Notes: a model not told the origin generated them from the letters alone. A stretch of 64,000 nt of DNA from Eledone cirrhosa (GCA_964016885.1 OZ024762.1:20150001-20214000), one strand, 5' to 3'; shown: positions 11,764-27,666, counted from the stretch's first letter. Numbers and translations: made by a program.

Positions 11764-12960
11764 CTGAAAATGTCACCATTCCAGTTTATGTAGTACAGGG
11801 ATATTTTCACTTTTACATAAGTCACATGTCATTTTGTCACACGACAGAAACATCAAAATCTGTGATGGCTGCATTGTTTTTCTTGTAACGGTAGTAGTAG
11901 TAGTAGTAGCAGCAACAGTAGTAGTGGTGGTGGTAGTAGTAGTAGTGTAGTAGTAGAAGTGTTTAGTAAGAAGTAGGTTTGGTATTGCAGTTGGAGTATT
12001 ACTTTGACACACGTGTTTTCAAACATGTTTGCAATGCTGGTGCAATGCCACCTTAATGCACAAAACTGCACACAAGCAAAGTGGCTGATGAGGTAAAGAT
12101 GCAGCGCAGTCTGCTGAATGCAACTGTGTGTATTTACTGACAGGAGGCTGGACTGGTGTAATTCCTTAAAGGTTTATTATACTATGAACATTTCAAAGAC
12201 CGGGTTCATTATGAATCCGGTGACATCATCAGGTATTCCAAAATTTATCCAACAAAGGAATATAATAGACACAATCCAAGGGGCTGAAAAGCAGAGAGAG
12301 ATGCCCATGACCAGTTCTATCCAGTGGTGAACCAAATAACCTAAATGAATATATATATATATATTATACATCCAGTGGCAAGGCTCCAGTTCGGGAGTTC
12401 AGGAGCTGTGGGGAATGTGGAGTTACCCCTTAGTTGTCATAACTCCCAGGTCTGCTCTGGCCCGGAGTAGTAATACCTGTTAGGGCCCCATTTATGGGTT
12501 AAATAACTACCTTATTCGAGTGGCGCCGGTAAGGTATTGTCAGCCATTGAAAAGAAATATATTTTGAAACAAATTATTTTCCACATTACAGGAGGGGCTT
12601 AAGCCCCAAAAGCCTTTATATAGGGATAAAGAAGCACACATAACACAAACTTAATCAACTAAAATGTGTAAATAAATGTGAATTTAAAACAGTATCTTGT
12701 ATTTATGGTTGCTGCTCTGTCATTGATATTTGTCATTGTCTTTTGTCAATGTTGCTACAATAATTCCTGCCTTGCTCTGAAATTATCAATTCTTATCAAT
12801 TCTAGCAAAATTTGTTTTTATCATTAAAAAGACAACTGGCCACATTTCTAGCAGATTTTTCTCCAAGAATGAATAACCGAGGAAAGAAAAGATAAAAAAA
12901 GTTTATAGTTCTGTCCACATTATATCTTATATACACAACATATCTGGTGAATTTGTCTAG

Positions 12961-12992
<32 letters not shown>

Positions 12993-13154
12993 TATATAAA
13001 AATGTGTAAATAAATTATCATAATTATCATACTATTTCATTATAATACCATTATAAATTTTAAAGGATTGTAAATAAAACGAGTAAATCAGACAAAGTTG
13101 GAATTCCTCTTATTAATATAATCTTCTATACAACACAATCATACACACCCGTGT

Positions 13155-13219
<65 letters not shown>

Positions 13220-13342
13220 ATGTAGGAGGTGAGTTTTATTGTAGTACAATAAAGCAATGCAGATATCGGATAAGAAGCACTCTACAGTTTGTAGGACTGG
13301 AGTATACATAATATAAGATCAAAAGATATATATATGTATGTT

Positions 13343-13468
<126 letters not shown>

Positions 13469-13697
13469 ACTCAACCCATGCTAGCGTGGAAGATGGACAT
13501 TAAACGATAAACGATAATGATGACCACCACGGTTAGTTAAGGTACTCAATACGTTAAGTAGAGTATAGGCATATTTATTTCGTTATAAAAATGACTTCTA
13601 CAGAACTAGAACTGTTTCATTCCTCAGTATATATACTTAAGCCTCTTTCTCCTCCCTACAAATCCCAAACTGTATCTGAAACTCAGTATATATAAAT

Positions 13698-14598
13698 ATG
13701 AAGGCGTGTGGCTGAGTGGTTAGAGAATTGGATTCGCAATCGTGAGGTTGTGAGTTCGATTCCTGGACCAGGTGATGCGTTATGTCCTTGAGCAAGACAC
13801 TTTATTTCACGTTGTTCCTTCTACCTGGAGTTGCGACCGATAGATAGTATTAGCAATTGGAAAGACCAACGGAAACATTGTTCCCTCGGTCCGATTTGAC
13901 GAAAGTCGATCGTTCTTCCTATATGTAATAAGATATACATATGTATATATCATCATCATCATCATCGTTTTACGTCTTCCACACTAGCATGGGTTAGACG
14001 GGTTGTCCTGTTGTGGGCAGTGTCTGGTCGGCAGACCTTGCCTTGCTCATACAGGAACTGATTCTGGCTTAATTTCTACAGCTGGATGCCCTCCCTAACA
14101 CCAACCTCATTTACAGTGAGTGCTGGGTGCTTTTTCATGGCGCCTGCACGTCCACTTTACAGTGTGGGCTGGGTGCTTTTTTGCCGTGGCACCTCCACGA
14201 CCACCTTGCAGTGGGGGGTGTGGGGGCATATTGTCTATATGCTTCAGCTTGTACCCATGGGTACATATACATGGCTTAGTGGTTAGAGCATTGGCCTTGC
14301 AATCGAAAGGTTGTGAGTTCAATTCTCAGACCGGGTGATGTGTTGTTTCCTTGAGCAAGACACTTTATTTCACATTGCTCCAGTTTACTCAGCTGTAGAA
14401 ATGAGATGATAGGGACTGGGGTCCCTATCATTCCACTGCAAGGTGGTCGTGGAGGTGCCACGTCAAAAAAGCACCCAGCACTTACTGTAAATGAGGTTGG
14501 TGTTAGGAAGGGCATCCAGCTGTAGAAATCAAGCCAAAATCAGTTCCCATCCCACCCTTGCAAGCAGGGAAAAAACAGACGTAAAATGAAATGATGAT
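13698..14598. mobile_element. Cluster of tRNA-derived SINE B copies in both orientations
   Basis: tRNA-like heads TGGCTGAGTGG...GAGTTCGATTCC, CORE-like TGTCCTTGAGCAAGACACTT and (ATG)n tails; 14080-14215 is inverted relative to about 14430-14535. Confidence 0.75.
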
Positions 14599-14889
14599 AT
14601 ACCATATGTATATACATATGTATATGTAATAAGATAAGTATGTTGGTGCTGGTGAGGCTGTCTTAGGTTATATCATGAGTGTTTCAGTCCTTTGATGGGA
14701 TATGGAATAGTTACGTGTCTCAATTATCTCCCTAATCCTTGTTAAGAAGATTAGAAGCCTTGAGGAGGAAGATATTTTAATTAGCCTAATAAAGACACAT
14801 TACAAGACATTGTCTCATTAGCTGCATTCTGTTGAGAATTAGCATCTAGGGTAAATATACTGATAGATAAACAATAATGGAACAATCAA

Positions 14890-16043
14890 TGTACAGACAT
14901 ACCTAGAGACAGACATACATACACATACACAGACATACATATACACACATACAGACATACATACACAGACATACTAAGACACAATACAGACAGACATACT
15001 AAGACACAAACATACCTAGAGACACACACACAGACATACACGCACATACATAGACATACATACACACACATACAGACAGACATACTAAGACACAAACATA
15101 CCTAGAGACACACACACAGACATACACGCACATACATAGACATACATACACACACATACAGACAGACATACTAAGACACAAACATACCTAGAGACACACA
15201 CACACAGACATACACACACAGACATAGACATACATACTAAGACACAAACATACCTAGAGACAGACATACATATACATACATAGATATACACACACAGACA
15301 TACATAGACATACACACACAGACAGACATACTAAGACACAAACCTACCTAGAGACACACACACATACACACACAGACACACACAGACAGACACACACAAA
15401 CACACAAACATACCTAGAGACACACACACATACACAGATACATACATACACAGACAGTCAGACATACTAAGACACAATCACACCTAGAGACACACACATA
15501 CACACAGACAGACAGACAGACAGACAGACATACTAAGACACAATCACACACACACACAGATATACTAAGACATACTAAGATACAAACACACATAGAGACA
15601 GACAGATACACACACAGATACACACACACATACTAAGACACAATCACACACACACACACAGATATACTAAGACATACTAAGACACAAACACACATAGAGA
15701 CAGACAGATACACACACACAGATACACACACACATACTAAGACACAAACACACCCAGAGACACATATGTAAACACAGACACATACACACACATAGACAGA
15801 CTCTAATACATACACATACACACACTCAGACAGACATACTAAGACACAATCACACACACACACAGATATACTAATACATACTAAGACACAAACACACATA
15901 GAGACAGACAGATACACACACACATACTAAGACACAAACACACCCAGAGACACATATGTAAACACAAACAGACACATGCACACACTCAGACACAAACAAA
16001 CTGAAATACAGACACATACGCACACACACAGACCCAGATACAG

Positions 16044-16075
<32 letters not shown>

Positions 16076-16172
16076 TCACATATGTGTCCATGGCACACAC
16101 ACACACACAAACAGACCCAGATACAGACACATACACACACACATATATATATATTCACATATGTGTCCATGG

Positions 16173-16203
<31 letters not shown>

Positions 16204-16865
16204 ACCCAGATACAGACACATACACACACATATATATATATTCACATATGTGTCCTTGGCACACACACACACACACACCTACACCTACATATGTATCCAC
16301 ACACACCTACATATATATCCACACACACACACCTACACCTACATACGTATCCACACACTCACCTACACATATATCCACACATACCTACATATACATTCAC
16401 ACTCACACACACCTATACATATATATGTATCCACACACACACCTACATATATATCCACACACACACACCTACACCTACATACGTATCCACACACTCACCT
16501 ACACATATATCCACACATACCTACATATACATTCACACTCACACACACCTATACATATATATGTATCCACACACACACCTACATATATATCCACACACAC
16601 ACACCTACACCTACATACGTAACCACACACTCACCTGCACATATATCCACACATACCTACATATACATTCACACTCACACACACCTACATATGTATCCAC
16701 ACACACACCTACATATATATCCACACACACACCTACATATATATCCACACACACACACCTACACCTACATACGTATCCACACACTCACCTACACATATAT
16801 CCACACATACCTACATATACATTCACACTCACACACACCTATACATATATATATATATCCATATC
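14890..16865. repeat. Complex CA/TA-rich microsatellite and minisatellite tract
   Basis: Recurrent units such as ACATACTAAGACACAAACATACCTAGAG and ACACCTACATATATATCC. Confidence 0.9.
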
Positions 16866-17199
16866 TAAACCATCACTGCACCTTTGTACATTATTATTCT
16901 AAAGACTCCATGACAGATTTAAGACAATGGTTATTTTCTTTGTCTAGGACTGTCACTTCTGTCTTACATTCTTTATATTTACCAGAAATTCCAAATATAT
17001 ATATATATAACATTACATCATTTTATGACTGCTTTTCTCTGTTTGCAAGGGTAGGATGGGTCCTATTCAGCACAACATCTCTCCACTTGTCATATATATA
17101 TATATATATAGAGAGAGAGAGCAAGAAAGAGAGAGAAAGAGAGAGAGAGTGATACATATATATATATAGAGTGAGAGTGTGTGTGTGTGTGTGTGATAG

Positions 17200-17815
17200 A
17201 TGGAAGACATCAGGACTCTCCTGAAAGATCAAATATGTCAGGGCTCTCTTGTAAAATCAAAAATATCACAGTTCTCCTGTAAGATCAAAGACAAGGCTCT
17301 CCTGTAAGATAAAAGATAGAGCTCTCCTGAAAGATTGAAGAGATCAGAGCTTTCCTGTAAGATAGGGCTTTCCTGTTAGATAAAAGATAGGGCTCTCCTG
17401 TAAGATCAAATATATCAGAGCTTTCCTGTAAGATTGAAGATAGGGCTCTCCCGTAAGATTGAAGATAGAGCTCTCCTGTAAGATAAAAGACAAGGCTCTC
17501 CTGTAAGATAAAAGATAGAGCTCTCCTGTAAGATTTAAGATATCAGAGCTCTCCTGTAAGATGAAAGACAAGGCTTTCCTGTAAGATTGAAGATATCAGA
17601 GCTCTCCTGTAAGATGAAAGACAAGGCTCTCCTGTAAGATGAAAGATAGGGCTCTCCTGTAAGATCAAAGATAGGACTCTCCTGTAAGATCAAAGATAGG
17701 GCTCTCCTGTAACATTGAAGAGATCAGAGCTCTCCTGTAAGATCAAAGATAGAACTCTCCTGTAAGATCAAAGATAGAGCTCTCTTGTAATATCGAAGAT
17801 AGGGCTGTCCTACAA
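17200..17815. repeat. Minisatellite, about 22-25 bp unit
   Basis: AGATAGGGCTCTCCTGTAAGATCAA-like units. Confidence 0.9.
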
Positions 17816-17956
17816 GATTGACTCCAGTACGGGACTGGTACTTTTTTTTATTGATCTCACCAAGATTTTAACTCAAAACACAGAAAGAGTCAGAACGAAT
17901 ATCGCAAAATATTCTATTTAAGATTCTTATGACTACTAATTCATTGTTTAACGGAG

Positions 17957-18472
17957 GTGATGGTTATAGTGAAGATGGTGATGATGATGGTGGTCGGGGG
18001 TCGGGGTGGTGTTGGTGATTGTGGTGCAGGTGATGGTGGTGATGGTGCTGGTGGTGGTGATGGTGGTGGTGATGGCAGTTGTGGTGATGGTGGTCATGGT
18101 AGTTGTGGTGGAGGTGGAGGTGATGGTAGTGGTGGTGATGGTAGTGGTGGTGATGGTAGTGGTGGTGGTGATGGTGGTGATGGTGGTGGTGATTGTGATG
18201 GTACAGGTGATGGTGGAGTTAGTTCTTGGTGCAGGTGGTGGTGGAGGTGGAGTTAGTTCTTGGTGCAGGTGATGGTGGTGGTGGAGTTAGTTCTTGGTGC
18301 AGGTGATGGTGGTGGTGGAGTTAGTTCTTGGTGCAGGTGATGGTGGTGGTGGAGTTAGTTCTTGGTGCAGGTGATGGCGGTGGGGGAGTTAGTTCTTGGT
18401 GCAGGTGATGGCGGTGGGGGAGTTAGTTCTTGGTGCAGGTGATGGTGGAGGTGGAGTTAGTTCTTGGTGCAG
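17957..18472. repeat. (GGT)n tract grading into a roughly 34-bp repeat
   Basis: About 8 copies of GGTGCAGGTGATGGTGGTGGTGGAGTTAGTTCTT. Confidence 0.9.
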
Positions 18473-18911
18473 CTATTTTAAATGGTGCACTGAAATGTTT
18501 TATTCACATGGGACAGATTCTTGTCAAACTGATGGGAAACACCTTACGTACATAAGAGAGAGAGAGAGAGAACAGGAGATAGATAGATAGATAGAGAGAG
18601 AGGTAGGTGCCAGATAAATAATGAGAAAGAGGTGTGTTTGTGTGTGCATATATATGTATGTGTACACAGGTAGTTATCTATGCATATATATACACATGCT
18701 TTGTATTTATGTGGCCGTGCTTTAGCTACAACCAATCTTTCTTATTATTCACACATGAGAACAATCCTTTGTCTTTTCCAATGAAATGTGTGAATCACAC
18801 AAAACACACATGTTTGCGCAAATATATGGGTTATATGTGTGTGCATATATACGTATATATATATATATGTATGTGTGTGTGTATATGTGTGTATATATGT
18901 ATATATATATA

Positions 18912-18952
<41 letters not shown>

Positions 18953-19296
18953 TTGTGTATATATATATATATATATATCTCTACATATGCATATTTGTAT
19001 ATATATATATATACATATACATATTTGTATATATATATATATATACATATTTGTATATATATATACATATACATATTTGTATATATATATATACATATAC
19101 ATATTTGTATATATATATATACATATACATATTTGTATATATATATATACATATACATATACATATTTGTATATATATATATATACATATTTGTATATAC
19201 ATATACATATACAAATATGTATATGTATATATATATACAAATATGTATATGTAGATATATATATATACACAAATATGTGTATATATATATATATAT

Positions 19297-19331
<35 letters not shown>

Positions 19332-19370
19332 CATATACATACATATTTGTATATATATATATATATATAG

Positions 19371-19403
<33 letters not shown>

Positions 19404-19553
19404 CATACATATACATATTTGCATATATATATATACATACATATACATATTTGTATATATATATATATATATACATACATATACATATTTGTATATATAT
19501 ATATATATACATATACATATTTGTATATATATATACATATACATATACATATT

Positions 19554-19620
<67 letters not shown>

Positions 19621-20232
19621 ATATATATATATGTGTGTATGTATATATCTCAATGTGTGACATCTTGTACAAAATGTATATACACACACAAACACACTCA
19701 TGCACACACACACACACATATAAATTTGACTGCGTGACATCTTGTACAAAATGTACACACAGACACAAACACACACACATAACACACACTCACTCACACT
19801 CACACAAACACACACAATACACACACATACATAAATCTGACTGTGTGACACGTTGCACAAAGGTCTGTGACCGTCATCTGAAGATCACAGAGGCCATGTT
19901 GGATGTTCTGCACGTGTGCAATTGAAAATGTGTGTGGGGTGTGTGCGGGTGTGTGTGTGTGTTGGGGGGGTGATGTGCATGTGTGTGTGTTGTGGTGATG
20001 ATGGGTGTGTGGGTGATGTGCGCGTGTGAGTGGGAGAGGGGGCAGGTGATGTGTTGGTGGGGCGGATGTGTGTGTGAGGGTGAGTTACTTGTGAGTGTGT
20101 GTGTGTGGCAAGGGTGATGATGATGTGTGTGTGTGTGTGTGTGGGGGGGATATGATGTGAGTGTTGTGTGTGATGTGTGTGATATATGTGTGATGTGCTC
20201 TAATCTAACCAGGTCACTATGGACAGAGAAAT

Positions 20233-21230
20233 ACAAGTGTTCTCTTACCACTCAGCATCTCCCTGAGTTGACCATCTTAACACTGACCTGGTCATTGTTG
20301 ACTTAGACAAGTGCTCTCTTACCACTCAACATCTCCCTGAGTTGACCATCTTAACACTGACCTGGTCATTGTTGACTTAGACAAGTGCTCTCTTACCATT
20401 CAACATCTCCCTGAGTTGACCATCTTAACACTGACCTGGTCATTGTTGACTTAGACATGTGCTCTCTTACCACTCAATATCTCCCTGAGTTGACCATCTT
20501 AACACTGGCCTGGTCATTGTTGACTTAGACATGTGCTCTCTTACCATTCAACATCTCCCTGAGTTGACCATCTTAACACTGGCCTGGTCATTGTTGACTT
20601 AGACATGTGCTCTCTTACCATTCAACATCTCCCTGAGTTGACCATCTTAACACTGGCCTGGTCATTGTTGACTTAGACAAGTGCTCTCTTACCACTCAAC
20701 ATCTCCCTGAGTTGACCATCTTAACACTGGCCTGGTCATTGTTGACTTAGACAAGTGCTCTCTTACCACTCAACATCTCCCTGAGTTGACCATCTTAACA
20801 CTGGCCTGGTCATTGTTGACTTAGACATGTGCTCTCTTACCACTCAACATCTCCCTGAGTTGACCATCTTAACACTGGCCTGGTCATTGTTGACTTAGAC
20901 ATGTGCTCTCTTACCATTCAACATCTCCCTGAGTTGACCATCTTAACACTGGCCTGGTCATTGTTGACTTAGACAAGTGCTCTCTTACCACTCAACATCT
21001 CCCTGAGTTGACCATCTTAACACTGGCCTGGTCATTGTTGACTTAGACAAGTGCTCTCTTACCACTCAACATCTCCCTGAGTTGACCATCTTAACACTGG
21101 CCTGGTCATTGTTGACTTAGACATGTGCTCTCTTACCATTCAACATCTCCCTGAGTTGACCATCTTAACACTGACCCTGTCATTGTTGACTTAGACAAGT
21201 GCTCTCTTACCATTCAGAATCTCCCTGAGG
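20233..21230. repeat. 74-bp minisatellite (about 13 copies)
   Basis: ACAAGTGCTCTCTTACC recurs at 20307, 20381 and onward. Confidence 0.95.
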
Positions 21231-21321
21231 TGTCCAAGCTCCACACTGATCAAGTCACTGGAGCTAGACTGAGACAGGCAGCTGCTCTTTTACCTCTTAA
21301 CATCACCCTGAGTTGTCCCAA

Positions 21322-22580
21322 ATCACTGTGGACAGAGAGAGGGGGGCTCTCTTACCCCTTCACAACTCCCTGAGATGTCCAAGCACTAGTTTGACCAGGT
21401 CACTGTGGACAGAGAGAGGGGGGCTCTCTTACCCCTTCACAACTCCCTGAGATGTCCAAGCTCTAGTTTGACCAGGTCACTAGACAGAGAGAGGGGCTCT
21501 CTTACCCCTTCACAACTCCCTGAGATGTCCAAGCACTAGTTTGACCAGGTCACTGTGGACAGAGAGAGGAGCTCTCTTACCCCTTAACATCTCCCTGAGA
21601 TGTCCAAGCTCTAGTTTGACCAGGTCACTGTGGACAGAGAGAGGAGCTCTCTTACCCCTTCACAACTCCCTGAGATGTCCAAGCACTAGTTTGACCAGGT
21701 CACTGTGGACAGAGAGAGGGGGCTCTCTTACCCCTTCACAACTCCCTGAGATGTCCAAGCACTAGTTTGACCAGGTCACTGTGGACAGAGAGAGGAGCTC
21801 TCTTACCCCTTCACATCTCCCTGAGATGTCCAAGCACTAGTTTGACCAGGTCACTGTGGACAGAGAGAGGGGCTCTCTTACCCCTTAACATCTCCCTGAG
21901 ATGTCCAAGCTCTAGTTTGACCAGGTCACTAGACAGAGAGAGGGGCTCTCTTACCCCTTAACATCTCCCTGAGATGTCCAAGCACTAGTTTGACCAGGTC
22001 ACTGTGGACAGAGAGAGGGGCTCTCTTACCCCTTAACATCTCCCTGAGATGTCCAAGCTCTAGTTTGACCAGGTCACTGTGGACAGAGAGAGGGGCTCTC
22101 TTACCCCTTAACATCTCCCTGAGATGTCCAAGCTCTAGTTTGACCAGGTCACTGTGGACAGAGAGAGAGGGGCTCTCTTACCCCTTAACATCTCCCTGAG
22201 ATGTCCAAGCACTAGTTTGACCAGGTCACTGTGGACAGAGAGAGGGGCTCTCTTACCCCTTAACATCTCCCTGAGATGTCCAAGCTCTAGTTTGACCAGG
22301 TCACTGTGGACAGAGAGAGGGGCTCGCTTACCCCTTAACATCTCCCTGAGATGTCCAAGCTCTAGTTTGACCAGGTCACTGTGGACAGAGAGAGGGGCTC
22401 TCTTACCCCTTCACATCTCCCTGAGATGTCCAAGCACTAGTTTGACCAGGTCACTGTGGACAGAGAGAGGGGCTCTCTTACCCCTTCACATCTCCCTGAG
22501 ATGTCCAAGCACTAGTTTGACCAGGTCACTGTGGACAGAGAGAGAGGCTCGCTTACCCCTTAACATCTCCCTGAGATGTC
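21322..22580. repeat. 75-bp minisatellite (about 17 copies), related to the 74-bp array
   Basis: Unit TCACTGTGGACAGAGAGAGGGGCTCTCTTACCCCTTAACATCTCCCTGAGATGTCCAAGCACTAGTTTGACCAGG. Confidence 0.95.
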
Positions 22581-22900
22581 CACACCACCACCACCCAGGT
22601 AACTGACCCCCACATACCACCACCACCCAGGTAACTGACCCCCACACACCACCACCACCCAGGTAACTGACCACCCCCACACACACCACCACCCAGGTAA
22701 CTGACCCCCCCCCCCCCCCCACCCAGGTAACTGACCCCCACATACCACCACCACCCAGGTAACTGACCCCCCCACACCACCACCACCCAGATAACTGACC
22801 ACCCCCACACACCACCACCACCCAGGTAACTGACCCCCCCCACCACCCAGGTAACTGACCCCCCCCCCCCCACCACCCAGGTAACTGACCCCCCATCCCA
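22581..22900. repeat. C-rich minisatellite, about 30 bp
   Basis: About 10 copies of ACCACCACCCAGGTAACTGACCCCC. Confidence 0.9.
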
Positions 22901-25341
22901 TAGACCTGACCTCATCTCAATGAAATGGAACATCATTGTTGACTGTTGGAATACAAAGATGTGTGTGTGTGTGCGTGTGTGCGTATGTGTGTGTGAGTGC
23001 TTGAGTTTGTGTGTGTGGCTGTGTGTGTATGAGTGCTTCAGTTTGGGTATGAATGTGTGTGAGTGCGTAAGTTTGTGGGTGGGGGTGTGTGTACATGTAT
23101 ATGTATGTATGTGTATGTATGTGTGTGTGTTTGTATATATGTATGTGTGTGTATATATGTGTAAATGTGTATATGTATATATATATGTGTGTGTGTAAAT
23201 GTGTGTATATATGTGTACATATATATATGTATGTATTTGTATATGTGTGTATATGTATATATATATATATATGTATGTGTGTGTATATATGTGTAAATGT
23301 GTATATGTATATATATATATGTGTGTAAATGTGTGTATATATATATATGTGTATGTGTATTTGTATATGTGTGTATATGTATATATATATACATATATAT
23401 ATGTCTGTGTGTATATATATGTATATATATGTGTGTGTGTCTGTGTGGGAAAGTTTTGAACTTGAGAAGGAAAAATAAACAATAAAAATAGTTCATTGTA
23501 AAGTAAATTGATGAATCACTGGATTTCCTTGTGGAAATATATACATACATATATACATATACACATATATACACACATATAGACATATATACACATATAT
23601 TCACACATATACACATATATACACACATATACACACATATATACACATATATACACACATATATACACATATATACACACATATAGACATATATACACAT
23701 ATATTCACACATATACACATATATACACACATATACACACATATATACACATATATACACACATATATACACATATATACACACATATAGACATATATAC
23801 ACATATATTCACACATATACACATATATACACACATATACACACATATATACACACATATACACACATATATACGCACATATATACACACATATATACAC
23901 ACATATACACATATTTACACATATATACACATATATATACACACATATATACACATATATATATACACACATATATACACATATATATACACACATATAT
24001 ACACATATATACACATATATACACACATATATACACATTTTTATACACACATATACTCACATATACTCATATACACATTGATATAGACACACACATACAC
24101 TGACATACAGAAATACACACACACATACACACACTGTCATGCAGACATATATGCATTGATATAGACACACACATACACACATACACACATTCACATACAT
24201 ACTCATTCACACAGACACACTCACAAACGCAGACTCACACACACAAGTATATACACAATCACAGGCAAACAATCACACATACATATACATATATGCATAT
24301 ACATACATATACATATATGCATATACCCATATACATACATATACATATATGCATATACATGCATATACCCATATACATACATGTACATATATGCATATAC
24401 ATACATATACATATATGCATATACATACATGTACATATATGCATATACATACATGTACATATATGCATATACATACATATACATATTTGCATATACATAC
24501 ATATACATATATGCATATACATACATATACACATATACATACATGTACATATATGCATATACATACATATACATACATACATATACATATATGCATATAC
24601 ATACATATAGATATATGCATATACATACATATATGCATATACATATATACATACATATACATATATGCATATACATACATATACATATACATACATGCAT
24701 ACATATACATATATGCATACACGCATGAAATTATAAAACCAGAAGAACATACACACATACATAAATACACACACACATTCATATAAACACACACACACAC
24801 ATCAGTAAAATAAAACTTTCTGTCCAGTTTTTTTACCTTCAGAGGTCAAGTCGGTGTACATTTTCCATTTTATATTTAATAAAAGGTGAAGTCGGTGCAT
24901 TATTTAATAAAAGCAGAAAACGTGGAAGGCAGCTATAAGATATATAAATCACAGTGGATGGAGGGAAGTAATAAAATATATACAACTAGCCGAGCTACCC
25001 GGCATTGCATGGGTCATTATATCCATCTTACAGGTAGAGAAACTGGGGGAAATATAATGAAATTAAACATTGAATGAAACAAAAGTATGGATAATTTTTT
25101 TAAATTACGAAGATATTTTTTCGTAATCAATATTACAGGTTTTTATTAATTAGACACAGAAATAAATGAACTGAGGCAAAATATACGCATGATATCACCC
25201 TTTCTCTGTAAAGTTATGTTGGTACCACAACATCCAGTCCAAACTAAAGAAGTCGTGTGGGTGACAAAAAAACACACAGTCCATGCTGTAATGTGGTTGT
25301 GTAGGTAACACGGTTAAAAGCTCCCAGTCCACACTGTAAAG

Positions 25342-25552
25342 AAAAAAGATGAAATTGAAAATGCAACTGGAGTCTTTTTTTTTTTAAATATATATTTATT
25401 TGGTTCCTTTACCGGTTTCGTGTGAGAAAAACCACAAACCCTCCATCTCAATTCTACTTTTGAAAGGCAGAAGAATTGCGAAACCGGTAAAGGAACCAAA
25501 TAAATATATATTTAAAAAAAGACTCCAGTTGCATTTTCGATTTCATTTTTTT
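25342..25552. repeat. Inverted repeat with roughly 75-bp arms (PLE-tail-like)
   Basis: 25342-25420 pairs with 25479-25552; the arms contain CGAAACCGGTAAAGGAACCAAATAAATATA. Confidence 0.8.
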
Positions 25553-27003
25553 TCCTTATATGTATATATATATATATAAATGATTTCTCTGTAAAATTAT
25601 GTTGGTACCAGTCCTAAATAAATGAGGTTGTGTAGGTGTCACGACAAAAAAAACACACAGTCCACGCTGTAATGTGACCGTGTAAGTAACACGGTAAAAA
25701 CCTCCCAGTCCACACTGTAAACGTGGTTGTGCAGGAGACACGGTAAAAAGGCTCCCAGTCAGTCCACACTGTAAAAGCCATTTACACCACCCCTTTGGAT
25801 GTTGGTACCACAACTTCCAGTCCTAAATAAATGAGATCGTGTAGGTGTCACGACAAAAAAAACACACAGTCCACGCTGTAATGTGGCCGTGTAGGTAACA
25901 CGGTAAAAACCTCCCAGTCCACACTGTAAACGTGGTTGGTGTTAGGAAGGGCATCCAGCTGTAGAAAACCCGCCAGACAGCCCTATACGAGCGAGACGAC
26001 CAATCTTGCCCTGAGTGGGACAATTCCCGTCTAAACCCATGCTACCATGGAAGATAGACATTAAACGATGATGATGATGATGATGATATTGTCCAAGGGA
26101 AAGGCTATGACATACCACCTCATTTTTTCCAGGTCAGTAAACTGGAGCAACATGAAATAGAGTGTCTTGTTCAAGGACACAATGCACCACCCAGTCCCGG
26201 GACTTGAACTCACAATATCACTGATTGTGTATCCAACTTTCTAAGCACATGTCTGGAAGATAAGATGCTTTGTTATTGTCACAGCTTATTCTCACTTCCT
26301 TCTAACCCACCTCTCTCTCTCTCTGTCTCCCCCTCTCTCTCTCTGTGTCTCTCCTCCCTCTCTCTCTCTCTGTCTCTCCTCCCTCTCTCTCTGTCTCCCC
26401 TACCCTCTCTCTCTCTGTCTCTCCTACCCTCTCTCTCTCTGTCTGTCTCTCCTCCCTCACTCTCTCTGTCTCTCCTCGCCTCTCTCTGTCTCTCCTACCC
26501 TCTCTCTCTCTCTCTCTGTCTCTCCTCCCCCTCTCTCTCTGTCTCTCCTCCCCCCCTCCCTCTGTCTCTCCTCCCCCTCTCTCTCTCTGTCTCTCCTCCC
26601 TCTCTCTCTGTCTCTCATCCCCCTCTCTCTCTGTCTCTCCTCCCCTCTCTCTCTGTCTCTCCTACCCTCTCTCTCTCTGTCTCCCCCCTCTCTCTCCTAC
26701 CCCCCTCCCTATGTCTCTCCTCCCCCTCTCTCTCTGTCTCTCCTCCCTCTCTCTCTCTCTCTGTCTCTCCTCTTTCCACTCTGTCTGTCTCTCCCTTCCC
26801 CCCCCCCCACCTGTCCACATCAAAATATAACAACCCCAGTGTCAAACCTTTACTAAATGTTTGTTGTCATCCCTTACTGATGGCAGTGGTGGGGGCCGTG
26901 TCCCCCCTCCCCCGGAAACAACAGACCTACAATATATTACTGTTAAGAATAAAAGCATGTGTGTGTATATATATATCTATATCTATCTATATATATATAC
27001 ACT

Positions 27004-27038
<35 letters not shown>

Positions 27039-27245
27039 TCCGTGGTGTTAGGAAGGGCATCCAACTGTAGAAAACCTGCCAGACAGTCCTATGCGAGCAA
27101 GACAATCACTCTTGCCTCAAGTGGGACTACCCCCCGTCCAAACCCATGCAAGCGTGGAACACGGACGTTAAACGTTGATGATGATGATGATGATGATATA
27201 TATATATATATATACATACACTCACATAAACACACACATACATAC

Positions 27246-27280
<35 letters not shown>

Positions 27281-27353
27281 CACACTCACATACATGTATA
27301 TATTTATATATATATATACATATATATATATACATATATATATATACACACTC

Positions 27354-27400
<47 letters not shown>

Positions 27401-27401
27401 C

Positions 27402-27438
<37 letters not shown>

Positions 27439-27614
27439 CACACTCACATACATATATATATATATATATATACACACTCACATAAACACACACATACATA
27501 GATATATATATACATATATAAATATATTCATATAGATTCTTATACATGTAGACATACTTGTATATATATATACACAAGTATATCTACATGTATAAGAATG
27601 AATATGAATATATT

Positions 27615-27666
<52 letters not shown>

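Noticed and set aside
13595-13632. CTGAGGA-AT-GAAA hammerhead on the minus strand (relative at 57715-57775)
   Set aside because: No stem II and no stem I pairing; at most a decayed remnant.
24984-25020. Helitron-like 5' end ACTAGC...ACCCGGCATTGCATGGG
   Set aside because: Too short, and no matching 3' hairpin or terminus was identified.
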